Of a stretch of DNA of 64,000 nucleotides, positions 1-9,787 are shown piece after piece (the stretch's first letter is position 1; every line of letters begins with the position of its first letter). The translations under genes were made by a program, and so were the position numbers. The notes beneath the pieces were generated by a model that saw nothing but the letters and a program-made list of their open reading frames with translations, made no database searches and was not told the DNA's origin. Source of the DNA: Candidatus Saccharimonadota bacterium (GTDB lineage Bacteria > Patescibacteriota > Saccharimonadia > Saccharimonadales > UBA4665); NCBI GenBank assembly GCA_028286405.1, contig JAQBRP010000008.1, forward strand, positions 2,958-66,957, written 5' to 3'.

Positions 1-89
1 ATGGGGTTTGTATGGAACGTGAATCGTCTTTATTTTGAAAGACTACAGCCGGCTTTACTATATTTTGTATAGTGATACAATAAAAGTAT

Positions 90-332
90 ATGAATGACGC
101 AAACATTATCGTTTACAGCGCAACCTGGTGTGCCTTTTGTCACGCCGCTAAAGAGTACTTCGACAAGCTCGGCGTAAAGTACGAAGACCGCGACGTGGAA
201 TCCGATCCAACCTTCGCCACCGAATCTGTTGTCAAGAGTGGCCAGCGGGGCATTCCGGTCATCGATATCAATGGCGAAATTATTGTCGGCTTTGACCGCC
301 CCAAAATTGATGCTGCCCTGCAAAAACGATAG
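90..332 (+). CDS. glutaredoxin-like protein (NrdH/YruB-type thioredoxin fold)
   Basis: 80-aa ORF. CxxC redox motif (WCAFC) near the N-terminus and a GIPVI motif typical of glutaredoxins. TGaTACAAT box 8 nt before the ATG. Confidence 0.8.
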   Translation: MNDANIIVYSATWCAFCHAAKEYFDKLGVKYEDRDVESDPTFATESVVKSGQRGIPVIDINGEIIVGFDRPKIDAALQKR

Positions 333-411
333 ATAAATCACAAAACTAGCGTTAGATTTCTTACAAGCCAATGCTTCATCTTCGTATTATGCTAATACTA
401 GAGGAGAAGTT

Positions 412-930
412 ATGGCCATACCTTCTATAGAATCCATGGAAACACCTTACAATAACGATAACGATCTACCGCACCTCCGCACTGCGCCAGTAACGGAAAT
501 GGTTGCGAAAGAACCCAGTGTGGGTCTGCGGCTCAAGCCGGCTCCAGAACTGTTTGATGATGATCTAAGCGAATTTTTGGGCAAATCCGTGGCTCAAATC
601 GTCACCGATTTCGAAGCGATGCGCGATGTAGACAGCAGGGAAGATCGCCGCCACGCCCGAGCCGCTTCACTCGGCAAAATGTTTAAGGAACTTGGTATGT
701 TTGGTGGTCCACCGGCCACTACCAGCGAGTTAGCGGAGGCCTTGCGCACAACCGAAGATAACGTCGACGAGAGCAATCGCATCAGCAAGCTACTCAGGGA
801 GTTTGAGGAGCACCCGGTAGTAGCCGCGATTGATGCCAGCATTGATCGGCTTAGTGGCCGCGAAAAGGTTGAGGCAATTGGGCTACTCCGCGGCGTCGTG
901 CTGCTCGTAGAGAACTCGTACGAACAGTAG
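412..930 (+). CDS. hypothetical protein
   Basis: 172-aa ORF preceded by a GGAGAAG Shine-Dalgarno. No family recognised. Confidence 0.5.
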   Translation: MAIPSIESMETPYNNDNDLPHLRTAPVTEMVAKEPSVGLRLKPAPELFDDDLSEFLGKSVAQIVTDFEAMRDVDSREDRRHARAASLGKMFKELGMFGGPPATTSELAEALRTTEDNVDESNRISKLLREFEEHPVVAAIDASIDRLSGREKVEAIGLLRGVVLLVENSYEQ

Positions 931-944
931 TTTATACTAGACTC

Positions 945-1514
945 ATGGCATTTGAGGATTTTGAGACCAAAGAGTCGGTGGTGGTGGTCTACACCGGCGA
1001 CGGCAAGGGCAAAACCAGCGCCTCGCTGGGGCTGATGACCCGCGCCCTCGGTACCCGCTGGAAGGTGGCTTTTATTCAGTTTATTAAGTATTGGGGCGTC
1101 GGCGAGCATGTTTTTATTCGTGACATCCAGCCCCTGTACAAAGACCAGCTGTACTTTTATAAGGGTGGCAAAGGCTTTTATAACGCCGGTGATATGTCGC
1201 CGCAGTCGGTAACGCCTGAGCAGCACAAGCAAGCGGCGCTCGACACTTACAATCAGGCCCTCAAGGCGGCAACCAGCGGCGAGTACGAATTAGTGATCTG
1301 CGACGAAATTAATAACGCCGTGCACGACGGGCTGCTAACCACCGAACAGCTTAAAACACTTATTACAACGCGAGCGCCCAAAACCAGCCTCTGCCTAACC
1401 GGCCGTAACTTTCCGGAGGAGCACTTAGAGCTGGTCGACATTGCCACCGAAATGCACAAATTAAAGCATCATTACGACAACAAATTTTTGGCCAATAAGG
1501 GTATCGACTTTTAA
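945..1514 (+). CDS. cobO: ATP:corrinoid adenosyltransferase family protein (CobA/CobO/BtuR-like)
   Basis: GDGKGKTSA P-loop, FIQFIK and CDEI motifs match the CobA/CobO family. TATACT 6 nt before the ATG. Confidence 0.75.
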   Translation: MAFEDFETKESVVVVYTGDGKGKTSASLGLMTRALGTRWKVAFIQFIKYWGVGEHVFIRDIQPLYKDQLYFYKGGKGFYNAGDMSPQSVTPEQHKQAALDTYNQALKAATSGEYELVICDEINNAVHDGLLTTEQLKTLITTRAPKTSLCLTGRNFPEEHLELVDIATEMHKLKHHYDNKFLANKGIDF

Positions 1515-1668
1515 AATCATTAACTTTATTTCTTAATTTCTTGTATCTGTTTGGGCTAACCATAACAGGTATAAAAAGCTTGTAAAAACTACTACTGTTT
1601 TATCTTGCCTTTGTAAGCATTCAGGTTGACAATACAAATTATAAAACCAACACGAGGGGAGAAGTGTT

Positions 1669-2136
1669 ATGGGTGTCGTCACATACGCAGGTAATGAACG
1701 ATTTATAAGCGGAGAGCAATTAGTTGCAGCCGGTCAAGCTGACTGGGAAGACCTACTAATAGCGCCACTTAACCCCGAAGATCCTGTTGTGCTAGCCAAG
1801 CTGGTTCTGTGCGACACCTTCCAGGAGCAGGGAGACGTTTTTGACACTATCCAGCCCATGTTATTACCACGCCCAGAGGGCGAAATTCAGCCCGTGGCCA
1901 GCTCGTTACCTACTGAATTTGAAGGGGTAATCAGCGAAGCCCTCAGTAAACTGGTTAATGACGGCGAAATTCAGCCCGATGCCGCCTTAACCTGTTACGC
2001 ACTACTAGGGATGGCAGCCGATTATAATGTACCGCCCGCTGAGCATGACGAGCCGAGCTACACTACCTGGGATGAGCCTCTATTCACCCTCAGCTCAGCA
2101 CGGGTGCCCAGCGACACCACAAAGATGGCAAGCTAG
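1669..2136 (+). CDS. hypothetical protein
   Basis: 155-aa acidic ORF with a GGGGAG ribosome-binding site. No family recognised. Confidence 0.5.
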   Translation: MGVVTYAGNERFISGEQLVAAGQADWEDLLIAPLNPEDPVVLAKLVLCDTFQEQGDVFDTIQPMLLPRPEGEIQPVASSLPTEFEGVISEALSKLVNDGEIQPDAALTCYALLGMAADYNVPPAEHDEPSYTTWDEPLFTLSSARVPSDTTKMAS

Positions 2137-2156
2137 CCCTTTGCTACAATAGCAAC

Positions 2157-2672
2157 ATGTCACAAGCTAAGCTTTACCTATTTGTTGGCGCACCCGGAGC
2201 CGGCAAAACTACTGTCGCCACCCTAATTCATGAAGCTACTGGCGCGGTGCACCTCTGGGCCGACCACGAACGCCAGGCTATGTTCGACGACATCGACCAC
2301 TCCAAACAGGAAAGTGAAGAGCTCTATACTCGTCTGAACGCTCGCACCGACGCGCTGCTGGCCGAGGGCAAAAGCGTTATTTTTGATACTAACTTCAATT
2401 ACCGCAAAGACCGCGACAACCTAAGGGCCATTGCCGACAAGCACGGCGCTGAAACCTGCATTATTTGGATGCAAACCCCCATAGAAGTAGCTCGGGAACG
2501 GGCGCTGCACGATGACCATCGAGACCGCAACGGCTACCAAAACAGCATGCAGCCAGCCGAGTTTGAGCGCCTAATTGACCACCTGGAACCGCCAACAGAT
2601 AATGAACGTTTCATGAGTATTGATGGCTCCAGTATTGACGCCGAGGCCATCAAGCGTCAACTTGGTATATAG
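2157..2672 (+). CDS. P-loop kinase / AAA family ATPase (AAA_33/zeta-toxin-like fold)
   Basis: Walker A GAPGAGKTT at the N-terminus; ~170 aa, typical of small nucleotide/sugar kinases. TGcTACAAT 6 nt before the ATG. Confidence 0.6.
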   Translation: MSQAKLYLFVGAPGAGKTTVATLIHEATGAVHLWADHERQAMFDDIDHSKQESEELYTRLNARTDALLAEGKSVIFDTNFNYRKDRDNLRAIADKHGAETCIIWMQTPIEVARERALHDDHRDRNGYQNSMQPAEFERLIDHLEPPTDNERFMSIDGSSIDAEAIKRQLGI

Positions 2673-3272
2673 ATGGCAAAACGAACATATTGGGGCTTAG
2701 GTAAGCGCAACTTCACGCTGCTGGTCAGCCTACTACTGACATTACTGCTAGCAATTTTGCAGCAACTGGGGTGGCTGGAACCAATTTTACAGCTTGCCGA
2801 GGTGAACCAACCCGGCATGTACACCGTCACGAACTACGTGGATGGTGATACCATCGCCGTCGATATGGATGGCAAAACCGAAAAAGTCCGCTTTATTGGC
2901 ATAGATACACCCGAAACCCATAAACCCAACACACCGGTGCAATGCTATGGGCCGGCCGCTGCCGCTCATACTAAAACCGTGATTGCGAGGGCCGGTGGCA
3001 CGGTACGCCTGGCGGCCGACCCGCTAGGGACTAACCGCGATCGCTACGATCGGCTGCTGCGCTATGTGTACCTGCCGGATGGCACACTGGTCAACGAGTT
3101 AAACATTCGTGAGGGTTACGCTTTTTACTACCCGTACTTTCCATTCACTAAAAAACCTGCGTTTGCCGCCGCACAAGCCGAAGCCCAAAAGGCCAACCGC
3201 GGGCTATGGGGCAACTGCACCCCAACGCCGACTGATCAGGGTGGTTACACCATGGCCCAGCCAGCTACTTAA
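2673..3272 (+). CDS. membrane-anchored thermonuclease (staphylococcal nuclease/SNase family)
   Basis: N-terminal TM helix followed by DGDTI...VRFIGIDTPE...RLLRYVY...G.A motifs of the SNase family. The ATG directly follows the upstream stop (TAGATG). Confidence 0.8.
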   Translation: MAKRTYWGLGKRNFTLLVSLLLTLLLAILQQLGWLEPILQLAEVNQPGMYTVTNYVDGDTIAVDMDGKTEKVRFIGIDTPETHKPNTPVQCYGPAAAAHTKTVIARAGGTVRLAADPLGTNRDRYDRLLRYVYLPDGTLVNELNIREGYAFYYPYFPFTKKPAFAAAQAEAQKANRGLWGNCTPTPTDQGGYTMAQPAT

Positions 3273-4135
3273 TCAATAAAGGTGGCGGGGTTTACCCGTG
3301 GTGGTAGGCTGGCGCTAAACAATTGAGCCAATGAAAAACGGCTTAGCCGTTCGTCGTAGCCACGGGTAAGCATGCAAATAATTGGGTACACCAGCAGCAC
3401 GAAGGCTACTACTTGGTACATCACTCGCCCCTTGCTGACACCGTGATACAGGTAGGTGCGGGGACCGGTTAGGGCGTAGTCGGCAAATCGCCAAAAGCCG
3501 GTGCCGCATTGGCGATGACAAACACTGACGCGTAATTCTTCCGCGAAGCGAGCGGCGTAACCATGTCTGTTTGCGTGCAGACCAATGTCGAAGTCTTCGT
3601 GCAGGCCAGACTCGTGGCAAACCTCGCGTTTGATTGCTTGCCACACCTGGCGGCGCAGCGCCATATTGGCACCCTGTAAACCAACCAGTGTACCGAGGCG
3701 GCGGTGCAAGTAACGACGCCAAAATAAATCAACCCGGCTAGCCAGTTTTGCGGCCCCAATTTCGCGGACGCTAACCGAGCCAGTTACCAGATCAATCTGC
3801 GGATCGGCAAACAAATCGATGAGTGTGGCAATCCAATCGTTAGAAATAATCGAGTCACCATCAATCCGGGCAATAATATCGCCCCGGGCGGCGTTAAAAC
3901 CGCGGTCGCGGGCATAGACGACCCCTTGACGCGGTTCGCGCAGCAGGCGCACAAACGGGAAGCTGCCGGCAATTGCCGCCGTGCCGTCGGTGGAGTTGTT
4001 ATCAATCACCAGCACTTCGTAGGGCTGCACGGTTTGTCGGGCAATAGCCTGGAGGCAAGCCCGAATTCGGTCGGCCTCGTTGTATACTGGAATCACCAAA
4101 CTAATGCGTTTGTATTTATTCATGAGCACTTTCAA
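3269..4135 (-). CDS. glycosyltransferase family 2
   Basis: N-terminal ISLVIPVYNE...VIDNNSTDGT and DGD motifs of GT2 (GT-A fold). Confidence 0.85.
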   Translation of the reverse strand: MKVLMNKYKRISLVIPVYNEADRIRACLQAIARQTVQPYEVLVIDNNSTDGTAAIAGSFPFVRLLREPRQGVVYARDRGFNAARGDIIARIDGDSIISNDWIATLIDLFADPQIDLVTGSVSVREIGAAKLASRVDLFWRRYLHRRLGTLVGLQGANMALRRQVWQAIKREVCHESGLHEDFDIGLHANRHGYAARFAEELRVSVCHRQCGTGFWRFADYALTGPRTYLYHGVSKGRVMYQVVAFVLLVYPIICMLTRGYDERLSRFSLAQLFSASLPPRVNPATFID

Positions 4136-4141
4136 TTATAT

Positions 4142-5245
4142 ATGACAAACCAAAGAACATCGTACGGTGAGAAGCTGAGAACCGGCCTAAAAATTGCCGG
4201 TCACTTCTTGCCCGAGCTGCCACATTCTCGCTGGGGCCGGCGATTATTGGGCGGATTTATGGTGCTAGTACTGCTTGCCCTGGGCACCATGTACGGCATC
4301 GGTCGCTGGTATGTGCATTCGGTCAGCGACCAGCCGCAGGTGATTGGTGCCAGCTTTATACCGGCCTACGCCTCTAGCTTGGGCGTTGACCCACAGCAAA
4401 CGCTCGACGGTATGCTAAACGACCTACACGTTAAGCACCTGCGACTGGTGAGTTACTGGGATCAAATGGAGCCGCAGCCGGGCAGCTATGACTTTAGTCA
4501 GCTCGACTGGCAGTTTGCTAAAGCCGAGGCCGCGGGCGCTAAAATTACCCTTAGCGTTGGTTTGCGTCAGCCACGTTGGCCAGAGTGTCACGCCCCCTCA
4601 TGGGTCGATACCTCAAGGCCCTCGGCCGAGTGGCAACCGCAGCTCGAAAAGTTTATGACGGCGGTGGTGAACCGTTATAAACACAGTCCGGCGCTGCAAA
4701 GTTACCAAATAGAAAACGAGTTTTTCTTAAAGGGTTTTGGCATTTGTACCAACTTTGAGCGGTCGCGGCTAGTCAGCGAGTTTAACCTGGTTAAAAAGCT
4801 CGACCCGAAGCACACGTCAATTGTGAACCGCAGTAATAACGCCCTGGGCACCCCCATGGGCGCACCAATCGCCGACGAATATGGCGTGTCGATTTACCGT
4901 CGGGTGTGGGACGCCACGCTGACGCACCGCTACCTGGAATACCCATGGCCGGCTTGGTTCTACTCGTTTATGGGCGGCATCCACAAAATTACCCAGGGCC
5001 GCGATTTAATGATTCATGAAATGCAGGCCGAAGCTTGGGCACCGCATGGCACGGTGAATAGCATTAGTCTTGAGGAGCAAAATAAGTCGCTGGATGCTCA
5101 CCGCCTAGCAGGCCGCTTTGAATTTGCCCGCGATACCGGCCTGCGTACCGTTGATATGTGGGGTGCCGAGTACTGGTACTACCGCCAGCAAGTGTTGCAC
5201 GATCCCTCGCTGGTAAACGTGGCGCGCCAAGAATACGCCAAGTAG
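4142..5245 (+). CDS. membrane-anchored glycoside hydrolase-like protein (clan GH-A TIM barrel, GH42/GH5-like)
   Basis: TM helix, then YWDQMEPQPGSYDF and IENEF motifs typical of clan-A glycosidases. The start was moved to the ATG at 4142 because the longer ORF (3926) overlaps the GT2 gene on the other strand. Confidence 0.55.
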   Translation: MTNQRTSYGEKLRTGLKIAGHFLPELPHSRWGRRLLGGFMVLVLLALGTMYGIGRWYVHSVSDQPQVIGASFIPAYASSLGVDPQQTLDGMLNDLHVKHLRLVSYWDQMEPQPGSYDFSQLDWQFAKAEAAGAKITLSVGLRQPRWPECHAPSWVDTSRPSAEWQPQLEKFMTAVVNRYKHSPALQSYQIENEFFLKGFGICTNFERSRLVSEFNLVKKLDPKHTSIVNRSNNALGTPMGAPIADEYGVSIYRRVWDATLTHRYLEYPWPAWFYSFMGGIHKITQGRDLMIHEMQAEAWAPHGTVNSISLEEQNKSLDAHRLAGRFEFARDTGLRTVDMWGAEYWYYRQQVLHDPSLVNVARQEYAK

Positions 5246-5247
5246 TC

Positions 5248-6246
5248 TTAGACTTTAAGGCCTTGCAGCATAATTGCGGCGTGCAGGTCGATGTCGTCAC
5301 CACCGGCGTGATGCATGCCTTCAAGTGCCAGGGCACCGACGCGCCCCGGGAAAGCTGTTTGTAGGTCGTGGGCTATTTGTTCCATGCGATCATTATCAGT
5401 GATTTCGCTGGCCGTACCCCACGCAACAGTAGCCCGCATACCCGGCTGTTCTTGGAGGGCAGCGAGTGCCCGACCGGAAAAACTATCTCGAGCCAGCGTG
5501 ATGGCCGTGGCCAGATTGCCCACGCGCGCCATGCCGGCCCAGTAGCGAGCGCTGCCCTTATGGGCGATCTTGCGAGCCTCAATAAGGGGATCGCTTTGAG
5601 CAGCGTTAACATAATCATCAAGTACTTTGCCGCTGCGGGCAAAGTCAGTCAGTAATTTGAGGCCGCGGTTAGCCACAGCGGGCGACTCGGCCCACACACC
5701 ACGTTCTGCTTCAATTTCAAAGTTAGCTGCTTCGCTGGCTGCCGTAGCCGCTCGATCGGCACCGTAAGAGTAACCTAGGGTGTCGAGCGTCCGTACGCCA
5801 TCATCCTGTAGCTGGCGCAAGGCCAGCCAGACCGTATGGCTTAAATTACCAGCCGCCGTACCCGGCAAATCGCTAAATCGTAATAGGTTATTGCGGTTTC
5901 CGAGCAGAGCGGGGCTGCCGACCACCACTAGTCTCTCGACGGGCTGGGTACCAAAGAGCCGCATGGCTCGCATGGCCATATTTTCATCAACCGCAATACC
6001 TAGAGGCGCAAACAGCAGGCGAGCATGCGTTTCGTCATACTCAACAGCAGGCCGTAGGTCAAGATACTCCAGCTTGCGATGCGTGTCGGGAAGAGGGCGA
6101 CTGAGCAGCGGGCCATCGGCCAGGCCGTAGGCATCGGCCAGCTCGGTGTAGGACTGCCTGTTTTGGCGCTCAGCAGCATCTTCGACGGCGGCTAAAACGT
6201 CCTCGTCAAAATTATAATAGGCCTGTAACCGCTCCGCAGTAGACAT
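5248..6246 (-). CDS. hypothetical protein, possible alpha/beta-hydrolase fold
   Basis: 332-aa ORF with a GYSYG (GxSxG-like) nucleophile elbow and a C-terminal His-rich motif. The assignment is weak. Confidence 0.45.
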   Translation of the reverse strand: MSTAERLQAYYNFDEDVLAAVEDAAERQNRQSYTELADAYGLADGPLLSRPLPDTHRKLEYLDLRPAVEYDETHARLLFAPLGIAVDENMAMRAMRLFGTQPVERLVVVGSPALLGNRNNLLRFSDLPGTAAGNLSHTVWLALRQLQDDGVRTLDTLGYSYGADRAATAASEAANFEIEAERGVWAESPAVANRGLKLLTDFARSGKVLDDYVNAAQSDPLIEARKIAHKGSARYWAGMARVGNLATAITLARDSFSGRALAALQEQPGMRATVAWGTASEITDNDRMEQIAHDLQTAFPGRVGALALEGMHHAGGDDIDLHAAIMLQGLKV

Positions 6247-6313
6247 CTACATATTGTTACATATTTTTATTGATTTGTCACTAGGGAGGTTATCCTCTAC
6301 AATAACTACTGTT

Positions 6314-6778
6314 ATGGCTCGCAAGAAACCCAACGCACCGAAACAGATTACCAACCGCCGCGCCCGCTTCGATTACGAACTGGGCGACTCTTTGGTGGTC
6401 GGCGTTGAACTAACCGGTGCCGAAACTAAAGCCCTGCGCATGGGCCACGGCCAACTTCGGGGGGCCTACGTTACCGTCAAACAAGAGGAGCTATTTTTAA
6501 TTAACGCCGCCATTAACGGCACCAGCGGTGTGCCGATCGAGGAATCTGAGCAAACCCGAGCCCGCAAGCTGCTGGCTAAGCGCCGTGAAATTGCTGCCTT
6601 AATCGCCGCCAAACAGCAGGGTCAAACCATTGTGCCACTCGAGCTATTAACCGGGGGCCGCTACATTAAACTGCGCATTTCAGTGGGCCGCGGCAAAAAA
6701 CTGTATGACAAGCGCCAAACCCTTAAAGCTCGCGATGAGAATCGCAGCATAAACGCCGTCTTGAAAAGCCAAAGGTAA
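6314..6778 (+). CDS. smpB: SsrA-binding protein SmpB
   Basis: N.RARFDYEL...G.EL.G.E.K motifs and a basic C-terminal tail. Start chosen at the ATG at 6314, which has TACAAT 10 nt upstream. Confidence 0.85.
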   Translation: MARKKPNAPKQITNRRARFDYELGDSLVVGVELTGAETKALRMGHGQLRGAYVTVKQEELFLINAAINGTSGVPIEESEQTRARKLLAKRREIAALIAAKQQGQTIVPLELLTGGRYIKLRISVGRGKKLYDKRQTLKARDENRSINAVLKSQR

Positions 6779-6782
6779 CCCC

Positions 6783-8447
6783 ATGATTTTAAACGTCGAT
6801 ATTACCGAGAAGTCTTTTGGTGACAAGCAGCTCTACCACGAGCTGGCCTTTACGCTGGCCGCAGGCGAAAAAGTTGGCTTAATTGGCCGTAACGGCACTG
6901 GCAAATCCACGCTGCTGCACATGATTACGGGCGATGACCGCGACTACCAGGGTGACATTACCCTCAAGCGCGGCACCATTTTAATTGCTAGTCGCCAGGA
7001 ACACCACGGCCACGAAGACAAAACGGTGCTCGACTACATTCAGGGCGATTTACCAGAGTTTGCCGAGTTGCACCATATTATTACCACTTACCCAGCAACC
7101 ATGGGCGACAACCAGCGCAAACTGCAGCGCTACAGCGACGCCCTGGAGCGTTTTAGCCAGCTGAACTACTTCCAAACCGAGGACGAGCTCACCCAGATGT
7201 TTGCCGACTACCAATTGCCAGCTGAAAAGCTAGAGGTACCACTCGATACTTTGAGCGGTGGCCAAAAACGAATGGTCGAGCTGGTAAAAGTACAGCGCGC
7301 TAAAGCCCACCTGGCGCTGATTGACGAGCCTACCAACCACATGGACTACCGAGCTAAAGAATCGTTTATTAAGTGGCTCAAAGCTGCCCAGGAAGCAATT
7401 GTAGTTATTACCCACGACCGTGACGTGCTACGTGAAGTCGACAAGATTATTGAAATCCGTAACGGCCAGGCTTACACCTTCCGCGGTAACTACGAGCAGT
7501 ACTTGAGCATTAACAAAAACCAGGTCACCGCCCAGGTGAATGAGTACGACTTAACCCAGCGCCGCATTTCTAACCTAGGCGAGGACTTGATTCGCTTTAG
7601 GCGCATGAAAGAAAAGGCTCACGACCCGGGCACGGTGAAGCGCTTTAAGTCGCAGGAAATGAAAGTCGCCGCCGAGCTCCGTAGATTATCGGCCATTAAG
7701 CAGCCGTCGTTCTGGATTGACCGTGAAAACGCCGATGACCTCAACCCCAAAATGACCAATGCCTACCAAAAGTACAAAGCCAAAAACATTCGCATGACCG
7801 CCAAGACCGACGACAGCCGCTCATCGCAAATGCTGGTGCAAGCCCACGAACTGAGCCTGGGCTACGGCGACTCGCCGCTGTTTGCAGGCGTTGACTTCAC
7901 CTTGCGCGAAGGCGAACGGATTCGCCTGCACGGCCGTAACGGTGCTGGTAAAACTACACTGGTTAATGCCATCATGGCTAAGGTGCACGACCTGCCGCAG
8001 GAATCAAATGTTTTTGGCGGCACGCTGGCCGTAGCCAAAGAATTAGCACTCGGTTTATACGAGCAGGAGATTGATCCTAAATACTTGCCCATGACGTTGC
8101 ATGACGGTATTGAGCAATCCTTCCGCGACAAGGGCTTGCCGCTAAACGACCAAAAAATAAAGCAGCTGATGGGCGAGTACTTGTTTAATCCCGCCAGCGA
8201 CGGGGACGTGCCGATTAACATGCTCAGCGGTGGCCAAAAAGCCCGCTTCCAGCTAATCCGCATGCTGATGAACGACCCCAGCATTCTAATTTTGGACGAA
8301 CCGACTAACCACCTTGACCTGCCAAGCATAGAAGAGCTCGAAAACACCCTCAGCACCTACCAAGGTGCGGTAATTTACATTTCGCACGACTCCTACTTTG
8401 CCAAGAAGGTCGGCGGCGAAACGGTCCAAATTGGCACAGCCACCTAG
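6783..8447 (+). CDS. ABC-F family ATPase (two ABC domains, no TM domain)
   Basis: Duplicated Walker A (GRNGTGKS, GRNGAGKT), LSGGQ signatures and Walker B (LILDEPTNHLD), with a charged linker. Confidence 0.85.
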   Translation: MILNVDITEKSFGDKQLYHELAFTLAAGEKVGLIGRNGTGKSTLLHMITGDDRDYQGDITLKRGTILIASRQEHHGHEDKTVLDYIQGDLPEFAELHHIITTYPATMGDNQRKLQRYSDALERFSQLNYFQTEDELTQMFADYQLPAEKLEVPLDTLSGGQKRMVELVKVQRAKAHLALIDEPTNHMDYRAKESFIKWLKAAQEAIVVITHDRDVLREVDKIIEIRNGQAYTFRGNYEQYLSINKNQVTAQVNEYDLTQRRISNLGEDLIRFRRMKEKAHDPGTVKRFKSQEMKVAAELRRLSAIKQPSFWIDRENADDLNPKMTNAYQKYKAKNIRMTAKTDDSRSSQMLVQAHELSLGYGDSPLFAGVDFTLREGERIRLHGRNGAGKTTLVNAIMAKVHDLPQESNVFGGTLAVAKELALGLYEQEIDPKYLPMTLHDGIEQSFRDKGLPLNDQKIKQLMGEYLFNPASDGDVPINMLSGGQKARFQLIRMLMNDPSILILDEPTNHLDLPSIEELENTLSTYQGAVIYISHDSYFAKKVGGETVQIGTAT

Positions 8448-8465
8448 GAAGGTCCGCTTGCCGGG

Positions 8466-8494
8466 TTGCAGCCCCCGCCCAGATTCGCTATAAT
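8466..8494 (+). promoter_or_regulatory. sigma70-type promoter for tRNA-Asn
   Basis: TTGCAG (8466-8471), a 17-nt spacer, then TATAAT (8489-8494), ~45 nt upstream of the tRNA. Confidence 0.6.
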
Positions 8495-8539
8495 CCATCT
8501 GTTACGGACGGCCAAAGGCCACCCATAACAACCACCTAT

Positions 8540-8614
8540 TCCGGCTTAGCTCAGTGGTAGAGCGTCTCGCTGTTAACGAGAATGTCGCTGGTTCGAGCCC
8601 AGCAGCCGGAGCCA
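8540..8614 (+). tRNA. tRNA-Asn (anticodon GTT), CCA encoded
   Basis: Hand-folded cloverleaf: acceptor TCCGGCT/AGCCGGA, D arm GCTC/GAGC, anticodon stem TCTCG/CGAGA with loop CTGTTAA, T arm GCTGG-TTCGAGC-CCAGC; 75 nt. Confidence 0.92.
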
Positions 8615-8622
8615 AGCATAAG

Positions 8623-8651
8623 CACTTTGCGAAAGCAGAGTGTTTTTGTTT
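8623..8651 (+). terminator. intrinsic terminator after tRNA-Asn
   Basis: CACTTTGC-GAAA-GCAGAGTG hairpin followed by TTTTTGTTTT. Confidence 0.7.
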
Positions 8652-8742
8652 TAGATATACCCGTTGTTGTGAGCGTACCTCTCTATACGCCCAGGTATAA
8701 ACGGGGTAGCCGAATTACCGAATACCATGATATAACTGAGTC

Positions 8743-9144
8743 ATGAAATTCTTTGAGTGCCCGGTAGCAGCGCAGGATTTTTATAGCGTGCGCAAGCTGA
8801 CAAATGAGCTTGCAGAGGCCCCTACAGACGAAGAACGGGAATACTACTTTCTGGAAGGTGAAGAAGACAAATTTGCGCGGATCGGCTGCAGTGTGGGTAG
8901 TTGTTCTGTCCGAGCAATTGCATCAGTCCAGACTACCCGCTCAAGAATAGCCACTTTCTACGCTGAGAATCCAGGTGAGTGTATCCGCACCGAGGAAGAG
9001 AGAGCCTCGCTGGAATCTGACTTGCCGATACCTTACCTTCAGTCGTTAGCGACGCCTTCGGAAACTTCAAAACCAGTCTTGGGCTCTCCCAAAAAGGCTA
9101 AGTACTCAGGGGTACGGGCATTAATCTCAAAACTATTAACATAG
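8743..9144 (+). CDS. hypothetical protein
   Basis: 133-aa ORF with TGaTATAAC 6 nt before the ATG. No family recognised. Confidence 0.4.
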   Translation: MKFFECPVAAQDFYSVRKLTNELAEAPTDEEREYYFLEGEEDKFARIGCSVGSCSVRAIASVQTTRSRIATFYAENPGECIRTEEERASLESDLPIPYLQSLATPSETSKPVLGSPKKAKYSGVRALISKLLT

Positions 9145-9256
9145 TTGCTGCCATCATATTCACAGTTGCGAAGTTCGCCCACTAGGGGGAGCCAAAGTTA
9201 GAACCAAAATTACAGAGACGAAAGTCTCTGTTTTTATTTTGGGGTATGATGAGTCT

Positions 9257-9550
9257 ATGCTAATCATTTATAAGGTCTCGATTAAACACAACAAAATATC
9301 CGCATTCCAGAGACTAGCGGATAAAACACTCATCCCAGAAGCACTTAAGCTTTCTGGTTGCAAACTATTCTCTCTTTACCAGAATCTGAGCAATAAAAAT
9401 GAATTCATATTCCATGAAATCTGGGACACAGAAGAAAACGTTCATCAGTACAAGTTAAATCTTATTTCCAAGTTGGGGAAACCGCATCTAAACGAAGAAT
9501 TTCCTGCTTTCATGAACGATATGATTGAGACTGATGAAGATCTAGTTTAA
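9257..9550 (+). CDS. possible ABM-domain (antibiotic biosynthesis monooxygenase-like) protein
   Basis: ~97 aa with the F.FHEIW.tEE....H signature common in ABM/YgiN-like proteins. AT-rich. Start chosen at the ATG at 9257, with TATGAT 6 nt upstream. Confidence 0.45.
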   Translation: MLIIYKVSIKHNKISAFQRLADKTLIPEALKLSGCKLFSLYQNLSNKNEFIFHEIWDTEENVHQYKLNLISKLGKPHLNEEFPAFMNDMIETDEDLV

Positions 9551-9552
9551 TC

Positions 9553-9749
9553 GCAGTTATAACTTCCTCTACTGTAGTGAGCCAAAGTAAAAGACCCTCC
9601 ACAGGAGGGTCTTTTACTTTGTTTTCGGATGTTGGTCAAGGAACCAGATGCCATGGGCATTCTGGTTCGGTAGAGCGAGGACGCGCGCAGAAGCTAGCTT
9701 CGAGCACACCACAGCGGCAGAGCGTAGCGACCCAGCAGCCGGAGCCAAG
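9553..9749 (+). repeat. ~197-bp island repeat unit 1: 35-nt motif, terminator hairpin, second hairpin and decayed tRNA-Asn 3' part
   Basis: Aligns along its length with 10142-10336. It ends in CCCAGCAGCCGGAGCCAAG, an exact 19-nt copy of tRNA-Asn 8598-8616. GGTAGAGCG and TTCGAGC tRNA-like blocks lie inside. Confidence 0.8.
9587..9625 (+). terminator. intrinsic terminator
   Basis: GTAAAAGACCCTCC-ACA-GGAGGGTCTTTTAC hairpin followed by a T-rich tail. Confidence 0.7.
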
Positions 9750-9787
9750 TTTTTGACTAAATACCGCTTTTGTGATATTTTATTTTT

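Noticed and set aside
30-371. 113-aa minus-strand ORF.
   Set aside because: It is fully antisense to the well-supported glutaredoxin-like gene and has no recognisable features.
594-1232. 212-aa minus-strand ORF.
   Set aside because: It is antisense to two well-formed plus-strand genes, including the CobO-like gene with clear motifs. Its Ser/Leu/Arg-rich composition is typical of antisense frames.
3926-4141. Long N-terminal extension of the GH-like ORF.
   Set aside because: It overlaps the GT2 gene's conserved N-terminus on the opposite strand. The ATG at 4142 gives a protein that begins just before a TM helix.
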